A DNA stretch of 64,000 nucleotides, taken from IMG/VR virus record IMGVR_UViG_3300046710_000146, positions 49,863-113,862 of that record; one strand, written 5' to 3'. Of the stretch, positions 1 to 9,247 are shown piece by piece. The translations under genes were made by a program, and so were the position numbers. The stretch's first letter is position 1. Each line of letters begins with the position of its first letter. The notes beneath the pieces are model-generated. The model worked only from the letters and a program-made list of their open reading frames with translations, ran no database searches and was not told the DNA's origin. This stretch comes from a virus (taxonomy: Duplodnaviria > Caudoviricetes).

Positions 1-122
1 GAACGTACGTGCATTCCCCCGAACTGCCACGGCAGGTACGTTGTGTCGTTAGCAGCGTTGAATACAATCTAACTGCACAGGTCATCAATGTGTTATTAGT
101 GGACGAATAGACAGGTTTGTGA

Positions 123-128
123 TACAAT
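123..128 (+). promoter_or_regulatory. TACAAT -10 element, 6 nt upstream of ATG 135
   Basis: TGTGATACAAT-agcctc-ATG; the same spacing recurs at 4403, 7529, 15379 and 63515(-). Confidence 0.65.
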
Positions 129-134
129 AGCCTC

Positions 135-437
135 ATGACATGGAAACTCTTTCTTGACGATGTACGTGCTCCGCCCGATGGTTCTTGGACCGTCGCGCGC
201 AGTGTAGCCGCCGCTGAACACCACATTGAGGCGTACGGGCTGCCGTTGATCATGAGCCTAGATCACGATCTAGGAGATGGTCGAGACGCGCCGGTGTTGC
301 TCCATCTGCTGATCAACCGATACCTCGATGGTCGCATGGATTCGCTGAAGTCGGTGCAGATCAGCGTGCATTCCGCAAATCCACGTGGCCGTGAAAACCT
401 GCTGGGCCTCTGGGCCGGCTTTTTGAAAGATGGATAA
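135..437 (+). CDS. cyclic-phosphate-processing receiver-like domain protein
   Basis: LFLDDxR ... SLDHDLG ... VHSANPxG motifs, typical of this phage REC-like family. Confidence 0.7.
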   Translation: MTWKLFLDDVRAPPDGSWTVARSVAAAEHHIEAYGLPLIMSLDHDLGDGRDAPVLLHLLINRYLDGRMDSLKSVQISVHSANPRGRENLLGLWAGFLKDG

Positions 438-637
438 TGAGCAGCACATACGTTCTACATGACACCGAGGTCAAGCTAACTGGCCGAACCGCGCAGCGCA
501 AGATGCCTGGTGGTAAAGCACTGGAGCTCGTCGAGGTCTCTCCCGCTGATGAGAACGATGGAACCTGGAAGAAATGGGTTCCACGTGCAACGTTATTCGA
601 GATCCAATCAAGCCCACTGCTCCAGGAGACGAAATGA
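437..637 (+). CDS. hypothetical protein
   Basis: TAATG coupling to the upstream gene, ATGA overlap downstream. Confidence 0.7.
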   Translation: MSSTYVLHDTEVKLTGRTAQRKMPGGKALELVEVSPADENDGTWKKWVPRATLFEIQSSPLLQETK

Positions 638-870
638 AATACACCACCCTCACAACTGTTCAGCTTCTGATCATGACCTTGCTGACGGGCCTGATCGCTG
701 GTGCGCTTTCTGTTGGTGCTGGCATATACCATGAGTTCATGCTGCTGCCAACCGTGTACCGAGCGGGTACGGAATGTGTGAAGGTCGTGAACTACCAGAA
801 TGGGCACGCATTCACCTGCCCAGATGTTGATGTGCTGCTCCGTCGGTATCGCATTGGGGTTTCGCAGTGA
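634..870 (+). CDS. small membrane protein
   Basis: AGGAG RBS, ATG 634, hydrophobic N-terminal helix. Confidence 0.7.
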   Translation: MKYTTLTTVQLLIMTLLTGLIAGALSVGAGIYHEFMLLPTVYRAGTECVKVVNYQNGHAFTCPDVDVLLRRYRIGVSQ

Positions 871-882
871 TCTGACCGTATG

Positions 883-888
883 TAAATA
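883..888 (+). promoter_or_regulatory. late promoter TAAATA
   Basis: Intergenic copy of a motif found before 15 genes; a gp55-like sigma factor is encoded in the window. Confidence 0.65.
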
Positions 889-911
889 GGTTGTCCACAC
901 AAGGCAACCTC

Positions 912-2087
912 ATGACAAAACGTTACGTAAAACTGGAATGCTCGATCTGCGCTCGCACTCGTGATTCGCTGATCAACCCAAAGTACTACACCCCCGATAA
1001 GTGCACGATCACCCTTGGGTGTGAAGGGCGGCTTTCGCCAGTCGGTGAAACATCTGATGGGTCTTCACTGATCGGGGTTCCTCCGATTGGGCTTCAAAAT
1101 TGGTACGCGCGTTCTTCAACGCCAGTTGGCCCTACACCGCTAATGGCGGACGTGCTGTACGACACAAGCACCGGCAGAACAAGACAGCTGATCGTAGCTA
1201 TTCAGGATTCTGCAATTGGCTTTACGCCTAATGACACCTGCACCCTAACCCTGAACCTGATTGCTGAACAGCAACAAGCTCGCGACTATCGCCAGTACAC
1301 GTACCGTAAGACGGGTTCATTCGCGGTTGTGAATGGTGTTGAAGATGCAGTGGCGAAAAAGGTGCTACGGTACACGATCACCGGCGCAAATCCTGACCAG
1401 GTCGAGGTATATGTTGACGGGGTGAAACGCGTACGTGGAACAGGCGCTGCTGAATACCAGCTGTATGATGGGGTCGTTGGTTCGCCGGTGCCACCGAACA
1501 GTGTGCTGTTCAACACGGTGGTCACGGGTGTAGCACCACAAGTAGATGTGATCGTGACCAAGGCGGCCACCCTATCAACACTAAGCCTTCCGCTCGTTCG
1601 CATGATTGCCGATGATTCACGTGTTGGGACTGGTGCATGGGAAGGCGTAGATGGCATCAAAAAGTTGAACGATCGTTGGAGCTTGTTCTACTGTGACTTT
1701 ACTGAAGTTGGAACCACGCCAGTTGATGTGAAGCTTCGACTTGACCCTGCAGTGGCGAATATGGTTGTACAAGGTAATACGACCGCCATTGTGCCACCAG
1801 CGTCATCTGCCATTCTGTTATCACGTACAAAGCTGCATACTGCAGTGGATCGTACGCGTGGTAGTTGGGCGCCACTTTCGATGCTGACCTCGACCGCGAA
1901 CTACCTGGTGATTAAGTTCTATGACGGGGCGCGGCAGCTTCTCGTGACAACCGCTTCGGTGCTGGATGTGTTCCCACCGCTCGAGGTTCTTCGGTACAAC
2001 ACCCCTACTTTACTTCGTACGGGGCTATCAGGAAACAACGACGCTGGTGAAATTGACAGCTCAATCACGATTGGACCTGACGCATGA
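912..2087 (+). CDS. putative virion structural protein with an N-terminal Cys cluster
   Basis: Long ORF behind a late promoter, beta-rich T/V/G composition, CxxC...C...C. Confidence 0.55.
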   Translation: MTKRYVKLECSICARTRDSLINPKYYTPDKCTITLGCEGRLSPVGETSDGSSLIGVPPIGLQNWYARSSTPVGPTPLMADVLYDTSTGRTRQLIVAIQDSAIGFTPNDTCTLTLNLIAEQQQARDYRQYTYRKTGSFAVVNGVEDAVAKKVLRYTITGANPDQVEVYVDGVKRVRGTGAAEYQLYDGVVGSPVPPNSVLFNTVVTGVAPQVDVIVTKAATLSTLSLPLVRMIADDSRVGTGAWEGVDGIKKLNDRWSLFYCDFTEVGTTPVDVKLRLDPAVANMVVQGNTTAIVPPASSAILLSRTKLHTAVDRTRGSWAPLSMLTSTANYLVIKFYDGARQLLVTTASVLDVFPPLEVLRYNTPTLLRTGLSGNNDAGEIDSSITIGPDA

Positions 2088-2533
2088 TCGTCCCACCTGC
2101 AGGCACTCCTGCATTCTACACGGTGCTATTTGAAGAACCAGCGGCAAAGAAGCTCGCAAAGCTCATGTCGCCAAGCTCAGTTGACGTTGAACAGATTATT
2201 GTGACATCACTTGATCTTGGCTCTGATATAGAGGCCACGAATGAGCTCGACGCCGCGGTGCGTTCCTTGTTTGAAGGACAGAAGTATGATCACACGATGA
2301 AGTTCAACCCGATCTATCTGCCAATCGAGGGTGAAGAGCTTTCAACAAAGCTAGAGTTAGATCATGATGGTGATCTAACTGCCATTGATGGTTTTGCGAG
2401 CCCATACGTCAGCGCATCGATCAAGCTCAGCATTGAGGACTATCCCGATGTAGTTGACGGGGCAATCAACTTTAAACAGTTCGAGCTCCCAACAATGCGC
2501 GAGCTCATTGACCATCAGGTTCTTATCTCATGA
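2084..2533 (+). CDS. hypothetical protein
   Basis: ATGA overlaps on both sides. Confidence 0.75.
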   Translation: MIVPPAGTPAFYTVLFEEPAAKKLAKLMSPSSVDVEQIIVTSLDLGSDIEATNELDAAVRSLFEGQKYDHTMKFNPIYLPIEGEELSTKLELDHDGDLTAIDGFASPYVSASIKLSIEDYPDVVDGAINFKQFELPTMRELIDHQVLIS

Positions 2534-2943
2534 CCACCATCTCTCCTACACTTTATAAGTACGCGATGAACATCAAGCTTAGCTCGGTGGAACCATCGCC
2601 TATGAACCTGGTATTTCCAAGCATTGAGGACATGGTGTTATCCTCGCGAAAATTTGATAAGCTTGAGGAGGCTGTTGACTCAGCTAATCGATTAGTCGGT
2701 GAGATTACAGGAACGCTTAATCTGGCCGTTTCAGGCGAGAAGTACAAGATGGTGGCTGAGATCAACCCAAGATTTACCGGGAAAGAAACGATCTCAAAGG
2801 ATTGGGAGACGAATGAGGTTGCGAAGCTTTGGATCTACGACAAGATCCTGCACGAGGCAAAGAAGGGTGGAACTGGGAACATCCTAGCCATTGCGCTCAC
2901 ACAGCTTCTGGAGATCCCTGGAGATTCCGTGTTGTTGAACTGA
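2530..2943 (+). CDS. hypothetical protein
   Basis: ATGA-coupled ORF, 137 aa. Confidence 0.75.
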   Translation: MTTISPTLYKYAMNIKLSSVEPSPMNLVFPSIEDMVLSSRKFDKLEEAVDSANRLVGEITGTLNLAVSGEKYKMVAEINPRFTGKETISKDWETNEVAKLWIYDKILHEAKKGGTGNILAIALTQLLEIPGDSVLLN

Positions 2944-3024
2944 CCCTGACCCATAGGCGGGTTGCACGGGGCTTGGTGTTACGTTACAATTACATCTGTA
3001 TCAACACACCTACAAAGGTTTCCT

Positions 3025-3378
3025 ATGCGCAATCCCCTTGCTGTCGCCGGTGCGGCTGACAAACCAAACGTGAAGTTCAAGAGCATCCAAGACATCATGC
3101 GTGATCCCACCATGAAGGCAAAGCTGAACAACCTGGTCGATGAGGCCGTGCGTTGCAAGCAACGAATCTACACCGAACAACAGGCGATGAAGGATCTTCG
3201 CGACGTGGCCCGGAACGATGTGGCGTTGAACCCAAAGCTGTTCAACTACTACGTGGCCATGGTGTTCAACAACGACTACGCCGCTCGCAAAGAGAACGTT
3301 GATCAACTTGAAACACTGATTGAAACCGTGATGAACCTCGGTGGCATGGTTGACGATGCCCCTGGCTTCGACGACTAA
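3025..3378 (+). CDS. dsbA: T4 DsbA/GapR-like double-stranded DNA-binding protein
   Basis: Helical pattern LxxLVDEA..K.RI......KDLR..A......PKLFN resembles T4 DsbA; TACAAT at 2985-2990 upstream. Confidence 0.6.
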   Translation: MRNPLAVAGAADKPNVKFKSIQDIMRDPTMKAKLNNLVDEAVRCKQRIYTEQQAMKDLRDVARNDVALNPKLFNYYVAMVFNNDYAARKENVDQLETLIETVMNLGGMVDDAPGFDD

Positions 3379-3381
3379 TCG

Positions 3382-3633
3382 ATGACCTGCATTAGATTTG
3401 GTGATGATCGTTCCATGGGCTTTGTCTGTGTGAACGATCAGATCCGGCTTCATGTTGGAAACCGGTATGTGTGGATGAGCTGGCACGATTACACTGGGCC
3501 TTCTTTCTACACAATGGAAAACGGCGAGGAGGTCTATTATGATCCAGTTGACGAGAACGACCCAGTGTGGGAACCGTTCGGTCGCTGGCTTATAAAGCAC
3601 AACGCCGCTAAAGAGGCACGCACCAAAAAATGA
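3382..3633 (+). CDS. hypothetical protein
   Basis: 83 aa ORF in the operon direction. Confidence 0.65.
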   Translation: MTCIRFGDDRSMGFVCVNDQIRLHVGNRYVWMSWHDYTGPSFYTMENGEEVYYDPVDENDPVWEPFGRWLIKHNAAKEARTKK

Positions 3634-3638
3634 CAGTG

Positions 3639-4430
3639 TCATTGGCGGCAGTTGTCAAAATGCCATCGCCTCATGTTCCCTGCTGTTCCGGTTTTTCCAC
3701 AATGTGGGCATGTAATCTTTGGCAAGCTTAGCCCCTGTTCACTGCGCTTCTGCCATGCTGCACGCTGACTCTCTTTATGTTTTTCAGACAGCGGTTTTCC
3801 AGTATGCAGTGCAACGAGCCGATCCCGTTGTTCTTGTGACAACGGGATCCCCTTGCGGCTTTCAGACATCTTCCTGATTGTCTCGGCTGATCGTGGTTTG
3901 CCAGTAAACGCAGCCCTTAGTTTTGCCCGGGTTTCATCTTTAACCGGGCGACCCATCATGCCAGCGGAAATCTTGGCACACGTTTCAGCAGATGGCAGTG
4001 CTTTATTCTTTTGACCTTTACTGAGATTTGCACGCTCTTGCTCTGATCGTGGGCGACCTTTCTGAGCAGCCCCGATTTTGGCACGGTGCTCCGAGGATTT
4101 TGGCCTGCCAGCGACGCAAAAAGCGATACCGCCGGCTGGGTCAATAAAATGGCGATTGAGACATAGTGGATCTAACCGGTGCCCCTTAATCAGTTGCTGT
4201 TCTTCCCAATAGCAGTCTAGTGTTTCTCCAGTCATAATGATTTGCCACTCAAATGCCTCGATCCCAAATGCGGAAATATTGCGCTTCATAATAGTGCTGG
4301 AGGACTGATAGTGATGTCTAAAATCTTGCTCAGGAGTTCGCTTCTTACGGATGTTAGCAGACCTGGACCCATAATAGAACTCGCCAGTTTGCTTGTTACG
4401 AATACAATATACATATGCCTGAAATGTCAT
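3639..4430 (-). mobile_element. free-standing GIY-YIG homing endonuclease with NUMOD3 repeats (Seg-like)
   Basis: AYVY...FYYGS N-terminus, repeated S.E.R.K.S...KG units, C-terminal CPHC; antisense to its neighbours; AGGAG RBS. Confidence 0.85.
4403..4408 (+). promoter_or_regulatory. TACAAT -10 element for the polymerase, lying inside the HEG coding region
   Basis: TACAAT-N6-ATG(4415); no SD sequence. Confidence 0.6.
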
Positions 4431-6133
4431 CAAATACTCCTAAAGATCAGAACTATTTAGCAAGTTCGTACATTAGTTCAACACACGATTGGGACTCCGA
4501 CAAGATTCTTGTTTGGGAGCGCCCAATTGGTGGGGGTGAACGACGCGTCGTAATGCACGATGCCCCACGGTACTTCTACGTGCCGGATGATGAGGGTGAG
4601 CATACCGCAATTGATGGGGTGAAGCTCAAGAAGTTCGTGTTCGATTCGAAAGATGAGTTCACGGCTGAAGCCCGGCGCCATCGCATCAAGTATGAAAGCG
4701 ATATCCAGCCCGAGGCCCGACTGCTGATGGAGGCGTACTACGGGCGCCCAACACCAGTCGTGAACTACGCGTTCCTCGACATCGAGGTTGATTACTCCTC
4801 GAAGATTGGTTGGAGCTCGCCAGAGAATCCGTACGCCCCGATAAACGCGATCACGATCTTCCAGTCATGGACAGGTAAGTACCTGACGTACGCGGTGCCA
4901 CCAAAAACCTGGAAGGGTGATGAGGCTACGCTGCAGCTTGAAGTCCAGCGACTCTGGAAAGAGCACAAGCTGGACTTTGTACCCGATGTCACGATCTGTA
5001 AGACTGAGCGTGATCTGCTGTTGTATATGCTCGGTGATATCGAGGATGCCGACATAATCAGCGGCTGGAACTCTGAGTTCTTCGACAACCCGTACATCAT
5101 CAAGCGACTTGAACGAGTCCTTGGTAAGAAGGGTCCAGGGCACATGTCATTCAAGGGGGCACGACCCCCTGCTGAACGAATCGTGAATCGATTTGGATCG
5201 CCCGCGATCACGTTCACTTTGTACGGTAGAACACACCTTGACTATCTTGATCTCTTCAAGAAGTTCACGTTTGAAGGGCGGGTCTCATACTCACTCGCGA
5301 ACATCGCGGCTGAGGAGCTTGACGTTCCGAAGCTCGACTATCCAGGTACGTTGGAGCAGCTGTACCATAACGACTTCGCACATTTCATCACGTATAACGC
5401 CCGCGACGTTGAGGTGCTTGTGCAGCTGGATATGAAGTTCAAGCTCATGCAGCTTGTGAACCAGATGGCACATGAGAACACCGTGCCGTTCATGGCAATT
5501 CTTGGCACCGTCCGATACGTTGAGACTGGGATGATTAATCGTGCGCACAACGCGCACAACTTGATCGTGTGCGACAAGAACATGTCGGGCGAGTTGAATG
5601 AGAAGGTTGAAGGCGCCGTGGTGATGACACCTCGTGCAGGTCTATGGGAATGGATTGGTTCAATCGATCTTACCTCGCTGTACCCAAGCACCGCCCGCGC
5701 CCTGAACATGTCGATTGAAACCTTCGTTGGGCAGTTCGTTGATGAAGAGCGTGCATGGGAAGGTATCCGTGCCAGAGATGACAATCCATGGGAGGCCGTG
5801 ATCTCCCATGAGAGCATCACGGCTACTGGGGCTCAGTGGTTCGAGTACCTACGAGCCGAGAACTATGCAATCTCTGGGTTCGGCACGATCTTCGATCAGA
5901 ACAAACCTGGAATCGTTGCGGACACCCTGACATATTGGTTCAATGAGCGGCTTCGGCTACAGGCCAGTAAGAAAGCCGCGATTGCGGAGGTTAAGACGCT
6001 CAAGGCAACCTTGGGTATTCCCGCCCCCGCAGGGCTACTTATCAAGGAAATGGCTGATCATGATCCATCATCAAAATTAGACGAAGGACTGTCAATTTAT
6101 AACGACGACGATGGAATGCCAAATCAACTATGA
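4415..6133 (+). CDS. gp43A: family B DNA polymerase, N-terminal subunit (3'-5' exonuclease and motif A)
   Basis: ExoI DIE, ExoII GWNSEFFD, ExoIII YNARD, motif A DLTSLYPS. Confidence 0.93.
   Translation: MPEMSSNTPKDQNYLASSYISSTHDWDSDKILVWERPIGGGERRVVMHDAPRYFYVPDDEGEHTAIDGVKLKKFVFDSKDEFTAEARRHRIKYESDIQPEARLLMEAYYGRPTPVVNYAFLDIEVDYSSKIGWSSPENPYAPINAITIFQSWTGKYLTYAVPPKTWKGDEATLQLEVQRLWKEHKLDFVPDVTICKTERDLLLYMLGDIEDADIISGWNSEFFDNPYIIKRLERVLGKKGPGHMSFKGARPPAERIVNRFGSPAITFTLYGRTHLDYLDLFKKFTFEGRVSYSLANIAAEELDVPKLDYPGTLEQLYHNDFAHFITYNARDVEVLVQLDMKFKLMQLVNQMAHENTVPFMAILGTVRYVETGMINRAHNAHNLIVCDKNMSGELNEKVEGAVVMTPRAGLWEWIGSIDLTSLYPSTARALNMSIETFVGQFVDEERAWEGIRARDDNPWEAVISHESITATGAQWFEYLRAENYAISGFGTIFDQNKPGIVADTLTYWFNERLRLQASKKAAIAEVKTLKATLGIPAPAGLLIKEMADHDPSSKLDEGLSIYNDDDGMPNQL
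4454..4459 (-). promoter_or_regulatory. late promoter TAAATA for the HEG, lying inside polymerase codons 14-15
   Basis: TAAATA ... AGGAG(4441-4437) ... ATG(4430) on the minus strand. Confidence 0.6.
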
Positions 6134-7494
6134 ACCTCGCACAAATTAAGAAGCAGTTGAAATCCGGAGATCTGATTCTGGACGGGGGGAAACTGTACAC
6201 AAAAGAAGAGTGGGAGCAGATCAAAGCAAAGCAAGCTGAAGCAGATCACTACGATTTGCTTCAGCTCACGAAGAAGATTCAGCTGAACTCGGCATATGGT
6301 GCGCTCTTGAATGAAGCCTTCCGTTTCGGTCGTCGCGAAATCGGTGCGTCAATTACTGGCACTGGTCGCCAGATCACGAAGCACATGGGGCAGACGATTG
6401 GGACCCTTGCAACTGGGAACAAATGCACGTTCGAGAAGCGCTATGGTGACTTCAAGAACAAGAGCACACGCGCTGGGTCGTTTGAATCAGGCGAGCTGTA
6501 CGGTGAGTGGCTCCAAGCTGAGAACTTCGAAGCGCTCCGTAATCTGCCGCAAGAGCAGCAATGGACACGGAAGTTCAGCAAGGAAAAGAACGCCGAGGTT
6601 GATGTCGGTTCCGGTGCAATATGGTTCACAGAGTGCCCAGCAATCATCTATGGTGATACTGACTCGTGCTACTTCTTAACGTACGGAACAGACTACGACG
6701 AGGCGGTTGCGCTAGCTGATGAGATTGCAACGCAAACGAACGCGACATTCCCAGCGTTTATGCAAGAGGCATTCAACTGTACAGGCGGTCGAGAGCTGTT
6801 GATCAAAGGCGCTCGTGAAGTCGTAGCTGAGCGTGGACTGTTCATGCACATTAAGAAGAAGTACACGTTGCGTGTTGTCAATCTCGATGGGTATGATCTG
6901 CGGTCAAAGCCGAAGTTGAAGTCCATGGGATCTGAGATCAAGAAAGCTGACACGCCAAAGGTGGTGCAGGACTTCTTGAAGGATCTGATGGACCTGGTAC
7001 TCACCGGTAAACCGTACGCCGCAATGGAGGAGTTCATAAATGCACATCGTGGATCGTTGATCGGCGACGCGAAGGATGTGCTTGAGCTTGCAACCGCGAA
7101 GCAGGTGAACAACTTGGACGCGCTGTACGCTGAGTACAAGCGCACCGAGAAGATCAATAATGGAAAGATGAAGCACTGCCCAGGTCACGTTCGTTCCGCG
7201 ATAAACTTCAACGAGATGCTTGAGCTCTTCGATGCAGGTGGAATGCAACCGCTGAAGGCGGGTGACAAAGCCGCGATTCTGTACTTGAAGGACAACGCAT
7301 ACAGGATCAACTCAATTGGGTTTCCACCTGACATGCAGCACCTCCCTGACTGGTTCGTCGAGAACTTCGCGGTCGATCTACGAAAGACCGAAGAGAAGAT
7401 GATCGATAGCAAGGTTTCAGGGATCTTCAAGGCCCTTGGATATGAGACCCCAACCCTGCAGATGGCGCACCTGAAAAGCTCCTTCACATTCTGA
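6130..7494 (+). CDS. gp43B: family B DNA polymerase, C-terminal subunit (motifs B and C, thumb)
   Basis: KIQLNSAYG, YGDTDS, KKKY motifs. Confidence 0.93.
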   Translation: MNLAQIKKQLKSGDLILDGGKLYTKEEWEQIKAKQAEADHYDLLQLTKKIQLNSAYGALLNEAFRFGRREIGASITGTGRQITKHMGQTIGTLATGNKCTFEKRYGDFKNKSTRAGSFESGELYGEWLQAENFEALRNLPQEQQWTRKFSKEKNAEVDVGSGAIWFTECPAIIYGDTDSCYFLTYGTDYDEAVALADEIATQTNATFPAFMQEAFNCTGGRELLIKGAREVVAERGLFMHIKKKYTLRVVNLDGYDLRSKPKLKSMGSEIKKADTPKVVQDFLKDLMDLVLTGKPYAAMEEFINAHRGSLIGDAKDVLELATAKQVNNLDALYAEYKRTEKINNGKMKHCPGHVRSAINFNEMLELFDAGGMQPLKAGDKAAILYLKDNAYRINSIGFPPDMQHLPDWFVENFAVDLRKTEEKMIDSKVSGIFKALGYETPTLQMAHLKSSFTF

Positions 7495-7528
7495 CCCAAG
7501 AGCCAAATGCCCTTTACTCCTATTTGTT

Positions 7529-7534
7529 TACAAT
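7529..7534 (+). promoter_or_regulatory. TACAAT -10 element, 6 nt before ATG 7541
   Basis: TGTTTACAAT-catcat-ATG; no SD sequence. Confidence 0.65.
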
Positions 7535-7540
7535 CATCAT

Positions 7541-8266
7541 ATGAAACTAACTGAAGCTGATCTGCCTAAATTTCGTGCTGCGCTCCTAGCATGCAAACTT
7601 GCCGGTCTCGACACCGTTGTGATCTCTGAAGGTATGCTTCGGGGTCTTGGCGATAAACGGAACGCCGCAATTGTGAGTGAGCTGAAGCTCTCAATTGATC
7701 CTGTGATCAGCATGGGGATCTCACGGGTGCCTGAGCTTGAGAAACGAATTGCAATGTTCGGTGAGCTCGTTGAGATTGATCTTGATGTGAACGATGCGAA
7801 TAAGGTCAGAAAGCTTACCATTCGTGGTAAAGGCGGTAAGGTTGAATTCCGCTGTACTGACGAGAAGCTGATCACATACCCAAAGGCGAACAACGACGAA
7901 CCAGGGGCAGTGGTGACGTTCACCAGACCCGAGGTAGCACTCCTGGCAAAGGGCGCTAAGACCCTCTCTGTCGATCAGCTCACGTTCCAGATCAAGCGTG
8001 ATGGCGCGGTGCATATTGAATGCGCTGATGCAGCCATGGACCGATTCGAGATTGATCTGGAAACCCCCGCGATGTTCGTTGAGGACTCATATCCAATTGT
8101 GAATCCATTCGATGTGTCTTCGGGTGGTGTGTTCCTCCAGCTGCTGGAACACATGGTCAAGGACTCAGACAGCATTGAACTTGTCGTCATGAAAACGGGG
8201 AACGTTGGCATGAAGATCTTTGGGCACGATGTGCTCGCAATCCCACGCGTACAAATTGGAGATTAA
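7541..8266 (+). CDS. probable sliding clamp (gp45-like)
   Basis: 241 aa, MKLT start, two alpha/beta repeats, adjacent to the polymerase. Confidence 0.6.
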   Translation: MKLTEADLPKFRAALLACKLAGLDTVVISEGMLRGLGDKRNAAIVSELKLSIDPVISMGISRVPELEKRIAMFGELVEIDLDVNDANKVRKLTIRGKGGKVEFRCTDEKLITYPKANNDEPGAVVTFTRPEVALLAKGAKTLSVDQLTFQIKRDGAVHIECADAAMDRFEIDLETPAMFVEDSYPIVNPFDVSSGGVFLQLLEHMVKDSDSIELVVMKTGNVGMKIFGHDVLAIPRVQIGD

Positions 8267-8268
8267 TC

Positions 8269-8625
8269 ATGGATGATATGGAAAAGAACCGCAGCGAGAA
8301 CGTTGCAAGCTTGGAAACTCAGCTGCAACACGCGCTATCTGAGGCCGCAAGGTACAAAGCTATCGCTGACAAATGGGAGCCAGTGTGCCATGCTGAAGTC
8401 GGCACCGAGGAGGTGCGTGTTACGCTTTCATTCGGCGGCAAGCGCTCAACTGCCTCGATCACGTTCGATTCTTTGGCAAGAACTGATGTCGTCACGGCGA
8501 CCTCGGCAATCGTTGATGTGCTGATTGACAGCAACGTAGCAGCGCGTCTTCGTGAGGCGGTACAACCTGAGATTGCGCGCATTCAACCATCGTTGAAGGC
8601 CGTTGAGAGGGCAGGCAAATGGTGA
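8269..8625 (+). CDS. hypothetical protein
   Basis: GGAG RBS, operon context. Confidence 0.75.
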   Translation: MDDMEKNRSENVASLETQLQHALSEAARYKAIADKWEPVCHAEVGTEEVRVTLSFGGKRSTASITFDSLARTDVVTATSAIVDVLIDSNVAARLREAVQPEIARIQPSLKAVERAGKW

Positions 8626-8993
8626 ACTGGTTTAAACGGCTCTTCTCCAGTGAGCGATCGGCTGAGCGCCAGGATGCTGAGCTTCTGTTAGCCGACCGCG
8701 ATCGGTTCTTTGCAACGATGGAGGCAAGCGATCAGCCATGGGCCATGTTCGAGATCAAGGACTTCCCTGCTGATGGACAGATCAAGGTCGAGTTCAACTG
8801 GAACAAAGCCTTCATTGCCCGCATTAACGGTCTTGGGTTCCAAGCCGAGAATGAACAAGACACCGTGCAGCTGTTCTTCTATGCCAGCCAGATGAAACCA
8901 CAGGATCTTGCTGATGAAGGTGGTGATGGCGATGCGGCTCAGTCTGACAATCATCCAACCTTGACCGCTGCTACAAATCGAGTAGCACGATGA
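8619..8993 (+). CDS. hypothetical protein
   Basis: Overlapping operon ORF. Confidence 0.75.
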   Translation: MVNWFKRLFSSERSAERQDAELLLADRDRFFATMEASDQPWAMFEIKDFPADGQIKVEFNWNKAFIARINGLGFQAENEQDTVQLFFYASQMKPQDLADEGGDGDAAQSDNHPTLTAATNRVAR

Positions 8994-9244
8994 GCATCTC
9001 ATTTAAAGATCTAACTTCAGCTGATTTTGCGAAGGCCATTAAGAACGGCATTCAGCTGGAGCTTGAAGCGGCGATCGTCAAGGAGCTCACCAATGTCGTG
9101 ATGCCAAAGATTAAAGAGCTGGCAAAGAAGGCCGCTCGTGATGTGTGCGAACGGGGTAATGCGCAGATCGTGCATGACGCGATGTCCCAAGAGCTTCGTG
9201 CATATGTGTCATTTGATAGTGGCGTGACAATTGAAGAGGCTTGA
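8990..9244 (+). CDS. hypothetical protein
   Basis: ATGA overlap. Confidence 0.7.
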   Translation: MSISFKDLTSADFAKAIKNGIQLELEAAIVKELTNVVMPKIKELAKKAARDVCERGNAQIVHDAMSQELRAYVSFDSGVTIEEA

Positions 9245-9247
9245 ATT

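Noticed and set aside
1-122. Partial gene at the window start
   Set aside because: Short open frames exist on both strands and cannot be assigned
5940-6300. Split intein or group I intron in the polymerase
   Set aside because: No Cys/Ser-start or His-Asn intein termini, and no intervening sequence between the overlapping ORFs
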